A DNA stretch of 64,000 nucleotides from Actinomycetota bacterium (GTDB lineage Bacteria > Actinomycetota > Thermoleophilia > RBG-16-64-13), in the NCBI GenBank assembly GCA_018830645.1, contig JAHJSA010000067.1, positions 10,919 to 74,918 of the forward strand. Reading direction: 5' to 3'. The position numbers and the translations under genes are program-made. How positions within the stretch are numbered: the first letter of the stretch is position 1; the number at the start of each line of letters is the position of its first letter. Positions 30,073-40,204 of the stretch are shown in pieces. The notes beneath the pieces were generated by a model. The model was not told the origin of the DNA. It saw nothing but the letters and a program-made list of their open reading frames with translations, and made no database searches.

Positions 30073-30730
30073 GGTGCGTCCTTTCGAACCATGATGCGGT
30101 GCGTGACTCAGCACCACTATACGCCATCGGATGGAGGTAGGCGACCGGCATTCGCACCGGCCAACGGATGAGGAAGTGGGAGTCCCCCAAGTCACGATGG
30201 TGAATCTCCATCAGGAAGCCAGCGAGACCACGTCGTCGGGCCTGGTCCGGATCGTGCCCGCCCGGCGGTGGTTCCTGGGCTTGGAGCAGGGTCGGGTCGC
30301 TCGCAGCTCCTCCCGTCACCAAGCTCGCCTTGCCGCCGGCCTCGGCTGGAGTAGAATCAAGGAATCGTCCGGGCGCATCGGTTCGGTCGACGACAGATCC
30401 ATCGTGCGCATGACGGGGGATCCGCATGACGCCCGCAGATCCAAGCAGAGCCCGGCTCGGGAGCGACCATCGCGGCCGCTTCGGGGATGTACGTGGCCTC
30501 CTGACCCGCCGCCGGGATGCCTGCTCCCTCCGGGGCTGCGGCCGGCCTTCGGCCCGGCACCGCCGTGGTCGCTACGCTGCCGGCGGTCCCCGTTGCCTGG
30601 GCGACGGGGCCTGCCGCCAGACTCCGCGTCGCCCCGCCGCCGGCCCCGCGGTCCCCGCCCGAGGCCCCCGCGCGCCGCCGCCCGCCGCGGCCTCGTGAGC
30701 ACGCATCCCCCGCGATCAAGGGAGACGGAC

Positions 30731-31756
30731 ATGAGTACCGACGGGCGGGGCGAGACCCTGCCGATCCTACCCATCGACCCGCAGACCCTCCTCGCCCTCC
30801 ACCGGAAGATGGTGACCACCCGGGAGGCCGAGCGGATCTGGGCGGATATGCTCGAGAAGCGCGAGTTCTACCTCATGGGGCACTTCGGCACGGGTCAGGA
30901 GGCGGTGGGCGTCGGCCTCGGGCACGCGCTCGAAGCCACCGACTACCTCTTCCCCACCCACCGGGGCATCGCTGAGTACGTGGGGAAGGGCATGTCGCAG
31001 GACGACATCTGGGCCGAGTACTTCACCAAGCCTGCCGGGCCCGCCCGGGGCAAAGGTGGGCTGCATCTCTCGCAGTACGAGGTGGGCCTCGTGGGCCTGG
31101 TGGGCAGTCTGGGCGCGGACTATGCCATCTCGGCCGGCGCGGCGCTCTCCGCGAAGCTCCGGCAGTCGGGGCAGGTGACGGTCATCGGCTTCGGCGAGGG
31201 CACGTCGAGCCAGGCCGACCTGGGGTCGACTATGAACGTGGCCGCCCTCTGGAAGCTGCCCCTCGTGTTCGCCATGACCAACAACTCGTGGTGCGAGCTC
31301 TCGCCCGCCGAGGAGCACGTGTGCACGCCACTCGTGGCCCCTCGGGCCGACGGCTACGGCATTCCATGGAGCGTGGTGGACGGCAACGACGTGGCCGCGG
31401 TCTACTCGGCGGCGAAGACGGTCGTCGAGCGGGTTCGGTCGGGAGCGGGCCCCTACTTCCTGGAGTTCATGAGCTACCGGATGGGACCGCACTGGAGCGG
31501 GGACGACGGCTCCTACATGTGCGAGGACGACCTCTGTGCCTGGCGCGAGCGTGATCCCATCGCCCTCTGCGAGCAGCGACTGGTTGAGCAAGGAGTGGCT
31601 TCGGCGGCCGATCTCGCGGGTGTGCGGGAGGCGGCGGTGGCCGAGGTGACGGCCGCCATCGCTCGGGCGGGGAGTCTGCCCGATCTCACGTACGACGACA
31701 TGCTGGCCGGCGTCTACACGGGCGCGCCCGCGGGCGCCGCGCGGGAGGTGAGCTGA
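30731..31756 (+). CDS. TPP-dependent 2-oxoacid dehydrogenase E1 alpha subunit
   Basis: From the internal ATG: GHFGTGQEAVGVG, YPTHRG-like, GFGEGTSSQADL. Confidence 0.85.
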   Translation: MSTDGRGETLPILPIDPQTLLALHRKMVTTREAERIWADMLEKREFYLMGHFGTGQEAVGVGLGHALEATDYLFPTHRGIAEYVGKGMSQDDIWAEYFTKPAGPARGKGGLHLSQYEVGLVGLVGSLGADYAISAGAALSAKLRQSGQVTVIGFGEGTSSQADLGSTMNVAALWKLPLVFAMTNNSWCELSPAEEHVCTPLVAPRADGYGIPWSVVDGNDVAAVYSAAKTVVERVRSGAGPYFLEFMSYRMGPHWSGDDGSYMCEDDLCAWRERDPIALCEQRLVEQGVASAADLAGVREAAVAEVTAAIARAGSLPDLTYDDMLAGVYTGAPAGAAREVS

Positions 31757-31757
31757 C

Positions 31758-32726
31758 ATGGCCGAGATGCCCTATGCGGCCGCGGTGAACAGGGCCTTGG
31801 CCGAGGAACTTGCCCACGACGAACGGGTGGTGTTATTGGGCGAGGACGTACGCGCCGGCATGTTCGGCACCACCTCCGGCTTGGTGCAGCGCTTCGGCGA
31901 GGACCGTGTCATCAACACGCCCATCTGGGAGAACGGCATCGCGGGCATGGCCCTGGGCCTGGCCATCACGGGCCTGCGCCCGATCGCCGAGGTCATGTTC
32001 GCCGACTTCATGTACCTGGCCATGGACCAGATCGCCAACCAGATCGCCTCCTGGACCTACATGACCGGGGGACAGACCAGCGTGCCCCTGGTGATCCGCA
32101 CTGCGGGCGGCGCCGGCTTCGCCATCGGCTACAACCACTCGCAGGTGACGGAGTCCGCTTTCGTCGGCCCGCCGGGCCTCAAGGTGGTGGCCCCGTCCAA
32201 CGCCGCCGACGCCTACGGCCTGCTGAAGACCGCAGTCCGCGACGACGACCCGGTTCTCGTGTTCGAGCACAAGTTCCTGTACTTCGTCCCCCAGGAGGTG
32301 CCCGACGAGGAGTTCCTGGTGCCGCTGGGCAAGGCGAACGTCCTCCGCCCCGGCGACGACGTGACCATCGTCGCCATCGGCAGCATGGTGGGCAAGGCGC
32401 TGGAAGCCGCGGAGACACTGGCGGCCGAGGGCATCTCTGCCGAGGTGATCGACCCGCGCACGTTGGTGCCTCTCGACCAGGAGACCATCTTCGGCTCGGT
32501 GGCGCGCACCGGCCGCCTGGTGACGGTGGAGGAGGGTCGGAAACGGGGCTCGGTGGGTTCCGAGATCGCCGCTGAGGTCGCCGAGAAGGTCTTCGGCTCG
32601 CTGAAGGCACCGGTGGTCCGTGTGGCCGCCCCCGACATCCCCGTACCTCCCGGCCCTCTGGCCGAGAGCATGTATGTGCCGTCCGCCGAGCGCATCGTCG
32701 AGACGGTGAGGGGGCTTGTGGCTTGA
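31758..32726 (+). CDS. 2-oxoacid dehydrogenase E1 beta subunit
   Basis: 322 aa. VLLGEDV, INTPIWENGIAGMALG. Confidence 0.9.
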   Translation: MAEMPYAAAVNRALAEELAHDERVVLLGEDVRAGMFGTTSGLVQRFGEDRVINTPIWENGIAGMALGLAITGLRPIAEVMFADFMYLAMDQIANQIASWTYMTGGQTSVPLVIRTAGGAGFAIGYNHSQVTESAFVGPPGLKVVAPSNAADAYGLLKTAVRDDDPVLVFEHKFLYFVPQEVPDEEFLVPLGKANVLRPGDDVTIVAIGSMVGKALEAAETLAAEGISAEVIDPRTLVPLDQETIFGSVARTGRLVTVEEGRKRGSVGSEIAAEVAEKVFGSLKAPVVRVAAPDIPVPPGPLAESMYVPSAERIVETVRGLVA

Positions 32727-32867
32727 GACCCTGGGAGGCGCGGTAGGAAGGAGCGCGGTACGAAGGGAGGCGCCCCGCAGGGCCCCGCCGTGGGTGGTAG
32801 CCTTGCGGGGCGCCGATGGAACCATGGAGTGCCCCCGCACTCGGCCTGGTTGGTTGCTTCCGCCCGC

Positions 32868-33557
32868 TCAGAGCCCGGCGGGAAGGGTCAGAGTGACCCT
32901 GGTGCCTCCACCCGGCGCCTCCTCTACGGCAAGCGACCCGCCGAGGTCGGCGGCGGCAAGAGAGCAGGCGCGCAGGATCGGCTCAGCGGCGGCGGGCGGT
33001 GGTGGCCCGCCATCGTCCACGACGAGCAGGACGGCGCCCGGCGCCACGGTCACCGCGAGGCGCACCTCCTGCGACGGTGATCCCTCCACGCGCAGCACTC
33101 GCATCGCCGCCTCCTCCGCCCGGAGCAGGAGCATGAGTACGAGCTGATGTAGGTCGGCGGGTATCGCCACCACGAGGTGCACGTTCTGTTCGGTGTCCAC
33201 CAGTAGGTCGATGCCCTTCGCCCTCGTCTCGTAGCCGCGCGCGTCGGTCACCAGGTTCACGATATGGCCCAGCGAACACGGCTGGGGCTTCTCGCCTATC
33301 TTGCCGGCGAACGCCCGCAGACCTCTGACGATCTGCACCGCTCGGCGCACCTCTTCGCCCACGATCTTGAGGTCCTGCCTGGCCTGCTCGTCTTCGACCT
33401 CACCCCCTAGGAGCGCCACGAGTCCCTGTACCGAGGTGAGAGGGTTGTTGATCTCGTGAGCCACGCCCGCGATCAGACGGTGAACTGCCTCCAGGCGCTG
33501 CACGTAGAGTTCGACGCGCTCCAAGCTGTCGGCGGATTCCGTGTTCACGTTGCGCAT
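32868..33557 (-). CDS. Small cytoplasmic histidine kinase (HisKA + HATPase_c, no sensor domain)
   Basis: H-box AGVAHEINNPLT. C-terminal GGTRVTLTLP. Confidence 0.75.
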   Translation of the reverse strand: MRNVNTESADSLERVELYVQRLEAVHRLIAGVAHEINNPLTSVQGLVALLGGEVEDEQARQDLKIVGEEVRRAVQIVRGLRAFAGKIGEKPQPCSLGHIVNLVTDARGYETRAKGIDLLVDTEQNVHLVVAIPADLHQLVLMLLLRAEEAAMRVLRVEGSPSQEVRLAVTVAPGAVLLVVDDGGPPPPAAAEPILRACSLAAADLGGSLAVEEAPGGGTRVTLTLPAGL

Positions 33558-33564
33558 GCTCCTG

Positions 33565-33625
33565 TCGCGGGTCTCGTCGCTTGCGGGGCTCGTCGCTTGC
33601 GGGGCTCGTCTACCGCGGGGGCTCG
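33565..33625. repeat. About four tandem 12-17-bp units spanning the trpS stop codon
   Basis: tcgcgggtctcg / tcgcttgcggggctcg / tcgcttgcggggctcg / tctaccgcgggggctcg. The last unit encodes the final trpS codons. Confidence 0.75.
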
Positions 33626-34593
33626 TAGGAGATAGGCAGGCCCACGGCTTCCCGCACCTGTTCCATCACACCGTTGGCGACGAGGCGGGCCCGCCGGCCG
33701 CCCTCACGGAGCACGTCGGCTACGTAGGCGGGATCGGCCTCGAGTTCCCGCCGGCGCTCGCGATACGGGCCGAACGTCTCGTCGAGGAGCTCGAGCAGGC
33801 GCTTCTTCACCTCACCGTAGCCCATCCCCCCGTTCTTGTAGCGGTCGGCCCATTCCTGGGTCTCATCGGGCGAAGCCATGAGACTGAGGAGTAGGTAGGG
33901 CGTAGACTCGGCCGGGTCCTTCGGGTCTTCGACGCCCGCTGAGTCGGTGACGACGCTCATCACCTTCTTCTTGAGGCTCTTACCCTCCTCGAACATGCCG
34001 ATCTCGTTGCCGTAGCTCTTCGACATCTTGCGGCCGTCGATGCCCGGCACCACGGCGGTCTCTTCAAGGATGTACGGTTCGGGGATCACGAGGATCTCGC
34101 CGAACTGAGCGTTGAACTTGGCGGCGATGTCGCGGGTGATCTCAATGTGCTGCTTCTGGTCCTGACCGACCGGCACCAGGTTCGAGAGGTAGATCAGGAT
34201 GTCGGCGGCCTGCAGCACCGGGTAGGCGAAGAGGCCGTGGTTGGCCATGAGCCCCTGGGCCACCTTGTCCTTGTAGCTCACCGCCCGCTCGAGGAGGCCC
34301 ACGGGCGTGACGCACGAGAGGATCCAGGTGAGTTCGGTCACCGCGGGCACGTCCTGCTGGGTGAAGAGGGCCGTCTTCTCAGGGTCGAGGCCCAGAGCTA
34401 GGTAGTCCATGGCCACTCCCAGCGTGAGGGCCCGCAGCTCGTTGGGGTTCTGGACCGTGGTGAGTGCGTGGTAGCTGGCCATGAAGTAGAAGGCCTCGTT
34501 CTCGGCCTGCAACTGAAGATGCTGCCGGATGGCCCCGAAGTAGTTGCCTATGTGCAGCCGTCCAGACGGCTGGATGCCCGAGAGGACCCGCAT
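33610..34593 (-). CDS. trpS: Tryptophanyl-tRNA synthetase
   Basis: MRVLSGIQPSGRLHIGNYFGA (HIGH motif) and KMSKS. Start placed at the internal ATG. Confidence 0.95.
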   Translation of the reverse strand: MRVLSGIQPSGRLHIGNYFGAIRQHLQLQAENEAFYFMASYHALTTVQNPNELRALTLGVAMDYLALGLDPEKTALFTQQDVPAVTELTWILSCVTPVGLLERAVSYKDKVAQGLMANHGLFAYPVLQAADILIYLSNLVPVGQDQKQHIEITRDIAAKFNAQFGEILVIPEPYILEETAVVPGIDGRKMSKSYGNEIGMFEEGKSLKKKVMSVVTDSAGVEDPKDPAESTPYLLLSLMASPDETQEWADRYKNGGMGYGEVKKRLLELLDETFGPYRERRRELEADPAYVADVLREGGRRARLVANGVMEQVREAVGLPISYEPPR

Positions 34594-35008
34594 ATTCCCC
34601 CGATTCGTCCGATCCTGGGTGGCTACGCCCTCACGGCGTACCCAGGGATCATCGCCGGCGAGGTACGCGGAGTCTACCCGCCAGCAGGTGAGGTCGCAAG
34701 CGCACAGGGGCTGCACCGGCGGGCGGCGCCGGCCCTCACTGCAGCTGCGGGTGGCGCTCGGGAGGCGATTGTGCTAGAACTACACAAAGCGCATGCGCGT
34801 GAACATAGCTGTCGCTACAGCGGCCGTCGCCGGTCCGGTGAGTCGTATCTCCCGGGACTCCGGTGCGGTGGGAGCTCTGGTGATCCAGCGTCGATGCTGA
34901 AGGAGATCGTTTAGATCGCGGGCGTCGGTTGCTGGATCTTCTGCATTTCCAGGGGCCGGCGCGGATCGGGGCCCCAAGGGCCCCGCGACCGGAGCAAGGA
35001 GGCTCGGA

Positions 35009-36241
35009 GTGAACATCCAGGAAGAGGCCCTTCAGCTGCACACCCAATGGCGCGGGAAGATCGAGGTCGTGAGCCGGGTGCACACCGGCTGCAAGCACGA
35101 TCTTTCGATGGCATACACGCCTGGGGTCGCCGAGCCGTGCCGCGAGATCCACAGGAACCCAGAGTTGGTCGACGTCTACACCCGGCGCTGGAACATGGTG
35201 GCCGTGGTGTCCGACGGCTCGGCGGTGCTGGGACTCGGCAACATCGGCCCCAAGGCCGCGATGCCGGTCATGGAAGGCAAGGCCGTGCTCTTCAAGGCCT
35301 TCGCCGGGGTGGACGCGTTCCCCATCTGCCTCGACACCCAGGATTCCGACGAGATCGTGCGCACCGTGCAGCTGCTCGTGCCGTCGTTCGGCGGCGTGAA
35401 CCTCGAGGACATCTCGGCTCCCCGCTGCTTCGACATCGAGAAGCGCCTCAAGGAGTCCACCGATATCCCCATCTTCCATGACGACCAGCATGGCACCGCG
35501 GTCGTCTGCCTCTCGGGCATCATCAACGCCTGCCGCATCACGGGTCGGGCGCTGAGCGATCTTCACGTGGTGGTGAACGGCGCCGGTGCGGCCGGCATCG
35601 CCTGTGCGAAGCTCATGCTCGACCTGGGCGTGCGGGACGTGATGTTGGTCGACAGCAAGGGCACCGTGTGCTCCGAGCGCGAAGACCTGAACGCGGTGAA
35701 GCGTGAGATGCTCGAGCGTACCAACAAGAACGACCTGTGCGGCTCGCTCGCCGACGCCATGGAGGGTTCGAACTGCTTCATAGGCGTGTCGGTGAAAGAC
35801 GCGGTCACCCAAGACATGGTGCGTTCCATGGAGAAGGACGCGATCATCTTCGCCATGGCCAACCCCGACCCCGAGATCATGCCCCACCTGGCGCGCGAAG
35901 CCGGGGCCGCCGTCGTCGGCACCGGCCGCAGCGACTTCCCGAACCAGGTGAACAATGTGCTCGGATTCCCCGGCATCTTCCGCGGCGCCCTGGACGTGCG
36001 TGCCACCCACATCACCGAGAACATGAAGATCGCCGCCGCCCACGCGCTCGCCGACTTGGTGGGCGACGACCTCTCGGCCGATCACGTGATCCCCGAGGCC
36101 TTCGACCTTCGCGTGGCGCCGGCCGTCGCCGCCGCCGTCGCCCGGGCCGCCATCGAAGACGGCAAGGCCCGCGACCCCAAGGACCCCGAAGAGGTGCGGC
36201 GGCACACCGAGCAGATGCTCGACCTCTCCTGTGTCGAGTAG
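35009..36241 (+). CDS. NAD(P)-dependent malic enzyme
   Basis: 410 aa. LSMAYTPGVAEPC, FHDDQHGTAVV, VVVNGAGAAGIA. Confidence 0.9.
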   Translation: MNIQEEALQLHTQWRGKIEVVSRVHTGCKHDLSMAYTPGVAEPCREIHRNPELVDVYTRRWNMVAVVSDGSAVLGLGNIGPKAAMPVMEGKAVLFKAFAGVDAFPICLDTQDSDEIVRTVQLLVPSFGGVNLEDISAPRCFDIEKRLKESTDIPIFHDDQHGTAVVCLSGIINACRITGRALSDLHVVVNGAGAAGIACAKLMLDLGVRDVMLVDSKGTVCSEREDLNAVKREMLERTNKNDLCGSLADAMEGSNCFIGVSVKDAVTQDMVRSMEKDAIIFAMANPDPEIMPHLAREAGAAVVGTGRSDFPNQVNNVLGFPGIFRGALDVRATHITENMKIAAAHALADLVGDDLSADHVIPEAFDLRVAPAVAAAVARAAIEDGKARDPKDPEEVRRHTEQMLDLSCVE

Positions 36242-36268
36242 GGTGTTCACCGCGGAAGGAGTGGCGAA

Positions 36269-37114
36269 GTGAGAGAGATAGATGTCGCCGAGATACGTGA
36301 CGCCGTCGCCCGGCTCGCGATCGACGCCTGCTACCACCTCGGGGACGACGTGGTGGGCTTCTTCGAGCGGGCGGTCGACGAGGAGGAGTCGGAGGCCGGG
36401 CGCGACGTGTTCCAGCAGCTCCTCGAGAACGCCGCCGTCGCGCGCACCGAGAACCTGCCGCTGTGCCAGGACACCGGTCTGGCCGTGGTGTTCCTGGAAG
36501 TGGGGCAAGACGTGCACTTCGTGGGGGGCGACTTGGGCTCCGCGATCGACGAGGGCGTGCGCCGCGGCTACGCCGACGGCTTCCTGCGCAAGTCGTCGGT
36601 GACGGCCCCCTTCACCGAGAGGAAGAACACCGGCGACAACACCCCGGCCGTGCTGCACACCAGCATCGTCCCGGGCGACCGGGTGAAGATCACCCTGGCT
36701 CCCAAGGGTGGCGGGGCCGAGAACATGAGTGCGCTCTCGATGCTGAAGCCATCGCAGGGTCGGCCGGGCGTGGTGGACTTCGTGGTCGACACGGTCGCCA
36801 AGGCCGGGCCCAACGCCTGCCCGCCCATGGTGGTGGGCGTTGGTGTGGGCAGTACGTTCGAGGGAGCGGCGCTGCTCGCGAAACACTCGCTGATGCGCGA
36901 GGTGGGCTCGAGCAACCCCGAGCCGCGCTTGGCCGAACTCGAGGACGAACTCGAGCGCCGCTGCAACGATCTGGGCATCGGGCCGCAGGGCCTGGGTGGG
37001 CGTATCACCGTCATGGACGTGTTCGTGGAGGATGCGCCCGCGCATATCGCTTCGCTGCCGGTGGCGGTGAACATCCAGTGTCACTCGGCCCGACACAAGC
37101 AGGTGGTGATCTGA
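36269..37114 (+). CDS. Class I fumarate hydratase / tartrate dehydratase, alpha subunit
   Basis: 281 aa. PLCQDTGLAVVFLEVG. Confidence 0.85.
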   Translation: MREIDVAEIRDAVARLAIDACYHLGDDVVGFFERAVDEEESEAGRDVFQQLLENAAVARTENLPLCQDTGLAVVFLEVGQDVHFVGGDLGSAIDEGVRRGYADGFLRKSSVTAPFTERKNTGDNTPAVLHTSIVPGDRVKITLAPKGGGAENMSALSMLKPSQGRPGVVDFVVDTVAKAGPNACPPMVVGVGVGSTFEGAALLAKHSLMREVGSSNPEPRLAELEDELERRCNDLGIGPQGLGGRITVMDVFVEDAPAHIASLPVAVNIQCHSARHKQVVI

Positions 37115-37674
37115 TGAACAAGAACGTCACAACCCCCCTCACCGATGATGTGATCGCCGACCTGCGCGCGGGCGACCGCGTGTGTATCACCGGCACCATC
37201 TTGGCAGCCCGCGACGCCGCCCACAAAAGGCTGGCGGAACTCGTCGAGAAGGGCGAGCCCTTGCCCGTGGACGTGGCCGGCCAGATCATCTACTACGCGG
37301 GTCCTACGCCCGCGAGGCCGGGCAGGCCGATCGGCTCGGTCGGCCCCACCACGTCGGGCCGCATGGACGTCTACACTCCGGCCTTGCTAGACATGGGCCT
37401 CAAAGGCATGATAGGCAAGGGGTACCGGAACCAGGCTGTGAAGGATGCCATCGTGCGCAACAGGGCCGTGTATTTTGCCGCGGTGGGGGGAGCGGCCGCG
37501 CTCATCGCTCAACGCGTCGAGGCGGCGCGGGTGATCGCCTATGAGGATCTCGGCCCCGAGGCTATCAGGGAGATGCGTGTGGTGGACTTCCCCGTCATCG
37601 TGGTGAACGACATCCACGGCGGCGACCTCTACGAGCAAGGGCGCCTGCAGTTCGAAAGGGAGGTGGGGTCTTGA
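37114..37674 (+). CDS. Class I fumarate hydratase / tartrate dehydratase, beta subunit
   Basis: The ATG overlaps the alpha-subunit TGA. TGTILAARDAAHKRL, GPTTSGRMD. Confidence 0.85.
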   Translation: MNKNVTTPLTDDVIADLRAGDRVCITGTILAARDAAHKRLAELVEKGEPLPVDVAGQIIYYAGPTPARPGRPIGSVGPTTSGRMDVYTPALLDMGLKGMIGKGYRNQAVKDAIVRNRAVYFAAVGGAAALIAQRVEAARVIAYEDLGPEAIREMRVVDFPVIVVNDIHGGDLYEQGRLQFEREVGS

Positions 37675-38069
37675 GTCAGAAGGACCGGGAGACGGCCAAC
37701 GTAGGGGCCGGTCTCTGGAAGGGCGCGGGCATGTGGGCCTGGCTCTTCCATCGGGTGAGCGGGGTGGTCCTCGCTCTCTATCTGTTCGCCCACATCTGGG
37801 TGATCTCCCGGGGAGCGGCAACGGGCGCCGAGGGCTTCAACACGATGTTCGAGACTCTGGAGAGCCCGCTGTTCATCGTGCTCGACCTATTCCTTCTAGC
37901 GGCCGTTGTCTACCACGGCTTGAACGGCATCCGAGTGCTGCTGTTCGACCTCGGTGTGGCCATTCGGCGGCAGAAGACGTTGTTCTGGGCGGTTATCGCG
38001 GCCTCCGTGGTCATCATGGCCGTGTTCGCCTACATTTCGCTATCGTTCATCGCCTCACACGGCGCATGA
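37671..38069 (+). CDS. sdhC: Succinate dehydrogenase membrane subunit C
   Basis: 132 aa, three TM segments, located upstream of sdhDAB. The start is uncertain (TTG). Confidence 0.7.
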   Translation: MSQKDRETANVGAGLWKGAGMWAWLFHRVSGVVLALYLFAHIWVISRGAATGAEGFNTMFETLESPLFIVLDLFLLAAVVYHGLNGIRVLLFDLGVAIRRQKTLFWAVIAASVVIMAVFAYISLSFIASHGA

Positions 38070-38105
38070 CACGGCGCGTGGCACGGCGCGTGAGACGGCG
38101 CCTGA
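38058..38105. repeat. 4 x 12-nt in-frame tandem repeat containing the sdhC stop codon
   Basis: cacggcgcaTGA cacggcgcgtgg cacggcgcgTGA gacggcgccTGA. Confidence 0.85.
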
Positions 38106-38154
38106 CAGGAGTCCATCGGTGAGACAGGGAGTGATCGAAGAGAGCGCGGGAGGC

Positions 38155-38481
38155 ATGTGGCTGTGGCTCCTGCAGCGGGTGACTGCGGTGGTGCTCATCT
38201 TGGGGCTCAGCGCGCACATCGTGGTTACCCACGTGTTGAACCTGGGGGAACTCTCCTACGACAACGTGGCCGGTCGGCTTGCCATGCCGTTCTTCGTGGT
38301 GGTGGACTTCGCCCTCCTCGGAGCGGGCATCTTCCATGCCCTGAACGGGTTGAGGATGGTGCTGCTCGACTACGGTTTCTCGGGACGGAGCCAGACCATG
38401 CTCAGCTGGGGACTCTTCGCGTTCGGCGTGGCCGCCTTCGGCTACGGCACGTGGGCACTCTGGCCGTGGCTGACCGCGTAG
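38155..38481 (+). CDS. sdhD: Succinate dehydrogenase membrane subunit D
   Basis: MWLWLLQRVTAVVLILGLSAHI... with three TM segments. The start is uncertain. Confidence 0.65.
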   Translation: MWLWLLQRVTAVVLILGLSAHIVVTHVLNLGELSYDNVAGRLAMPFFVVVDFALLGAGIFHALNGLRMVLLDYGFSGRSQTMLSWGLFAFGVAAFGYGTWALWPWLTA

Positions 38482-38497
38482 GGAAAGGGACCAGCGG

Positions 38498-40204
38498 ATG
38501 ATCTATCACGAGCTTGTGATCGTGGGCGGAGGTCTCGCCGGCCTCCGCGCGGCGATCGAAGCCAAGAAGCAGGGCATCGACGTGGCCATCGTCTCGCAGG
38601 TGTGGCCGGGCCGGAGTCACTCGGGCGCGGCCCAAGGCGGGGTGAACGCGGCGCTCGCCAATCACCCGGAGTCGGCCGACGACACGTGGGAGAAGCACGC
38701 GTTCGACACCGTGAAGGGCTCCGACTACCTGGCCGACCAGGACGCCGTCGTCCAGATGACCAAGGACGCGATCCCCGTGATCTACGAGCTGGACCACGCC
38801 GGCTGTCCGTTCTCCCGCTTCGATGACGGCCGCATCGCCCAACGCCCCTTCGGCGGCGCCGGCTACCCCCGCACCTGCTACGGGGCCGACAAGACCGGGC
38901 ATTACATGCTCCACACCATGGTCGAACAGGCCATCGAGGCCCGCGTGCCCATGTACGTGGAGTGGTTCGTCGCCCGCTTGGTGGTAGACGATGGGGTGTG
39001 TCGCGGGGTCGTCGCCTACGACATGGTCCGGGGTGGGTTCGAGCTCTTCCAGGCCGAGGCAGTGGTGATCGCCACCGGCGGTGCCGGCCGGGTGTACAGC
39101 AACTCCACCAATGCGATCATCTCCACCGGGTATGGCATGGCCATGGCGTATCACGCGGGTGTCGCGCTCAAAGACCTCGAGTTTGTGCAGTTTCATCCCA
39201 CTGGCCTGCTCACCACGAACATCCTCATGACCGAGGGCGCCCGCGGTGAGGGGGGCTACCTGGTGAACGACCTGGGCGAGCGTTTCATGGAGAAGTATGC
39301 GCCGACGGCCATGGAGCTCGCGCCGCGCGACATCACGTCGCGCTCCATCCAGACCGAGATCAACGAGGGACGCGGTATCGGCGGAAAGGGGTACGTGCAT
39401 CTCGATCTGCGGCACCTGGGAGCCCAGAAGATCTTGGAGAAGCTGCCCGGCATCCGCGACCTCGCCATCCACTTCGAGGGCGTCGACCCGATCGAGGAGC
39501 CCATCCCGATCGTTCCGAGCCAGCACTACTCCATGGGCGGCATCGACACCGACATGGACGGCCGTACCACCATGCCCGGCCTCTACGCGGCCGGAGAGTG
39601 CGCCTGCGTGTCGGTGCACGGGGCGAACCGACTCGGCGGCAACTCGCTCCTCGAGACGGTGGTGTTCGGACGGCGGGCCGGCGCGGCGGCGGCGCAGTAC
39701 ATCGACGGGCTCGACGAGTTCGGACGGAGCGCCGCGGTGGGCGAAGAGGCTCTGGCGGACGTGCGCGATCGCGTGCGGAGCCTCGCGAACCGAGAGGGCG
39801 GCGAAGACCCCTATGCCATCCGGGCCGCTATGGCCTCGACCATGAAGGAGCACTTCGGCGTGTTCCGCGAAGCCTCGGTGATGCAGGCGGGGCTGGAGAC
39901 GATGATGGACCTCAAGGCGCGCGTCACGAACGTGGAGCTGCGTCACGCGGGCGGCGTGTTCAACCTCGACATGATCCGTACCTTCGAGCTCGAGGGCATG
40001 GTGGATGTGGCCCTCGGCATCGCCGCGGGGGCCCTCGCCCGGACGGAGTCACGTGGCTCGCACGCGCGCACCGACTTCCCGGAGCGCGACGACGCGAACT
40101 GGCTCGAGCACACGCTCGCCTTGTACGAGCCCGACGGCGGCCCGCGCCTTGAAGCCAAGGCCGTGGGCTTGGGGATGTTCGAACCACAGGAGCGGAAGTA
40201 CTGA
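38498..40204 (+). CDS. sdhA: Succinate dehydrogenase flavoprotein subunit
   Basis: VIVGGGLAGLRAA, SHSGAAQGG, HPTG, RLGGNSLLE. Confidence 0.95.
   Translation: MIYHELVIVGGGLAGLRAAIEAKKQGIDVAIVSQVWPGRSHSGAAQGGVNAALANHPESADDTWEKHAFDTVKGSDYLADQDAVVQMTKDAIPVIYELDHAGCPFSRFDDGRIAQRPFGGAGYPRTCYGADKTGHYMLHTMVEQAIEARVPMYVEWFVARLVVDDGVCRGVVAYDMVRGGFELFQAEAVVIATGGAGRVYSNSTNAIISTGYGMAMAYHAGVALKDLEFVQFHPTGLLTTNILMTEGARGEGGYLVNDLGERFMEKYAPTAMELAPRDITSRSIQTEINEGRGIGGKGYVHLDLRHLGAQKILEKLPGIRDLAIHFEGVDPIEEPIPIVPSQHYSMGGIDTDMDGRTTMPGLYAAGECACVSVHGANRLGGNSLLETVVFGRRAGAAAAQYIDGLDEFGRSAAVGEEALADVRDRVRSLANREGGEDPYAIRAAMASTMKEHFGVFREASVMQAGLETMMDLKARVTNVELRHAGGVFNLDMIRTFELEGMVDVALGIAAGALARTESRGSHARTDFPERDDANWLEHTLALYEPDGGPRLEAKAVGLGMFEPQERKY

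Noticed and set aside
30131-30730. A 200-codon N-terminal extension of the E1-alpha ORF.
   Set aside because: It is Arg/Pro/Gly-rich with no similarity to E1 proteins. The conserved sequence begins at the ATG at 30731, which follows a GGAGA-type RBS.
34594-34900. T-box or another riboswitch leader upstream of trpS. A nested hairpin, cctgggt-acgcc-gtgag-ggcgt-..-acccagg, sits just before the RBS.
   Set aside because: I could not find the conserved T-box sequence (GGGTGGTACCGCG-like) or a convincing specifier loop. The hairpin alone is insufficient. A covariance-model scan would be needed to settle it.
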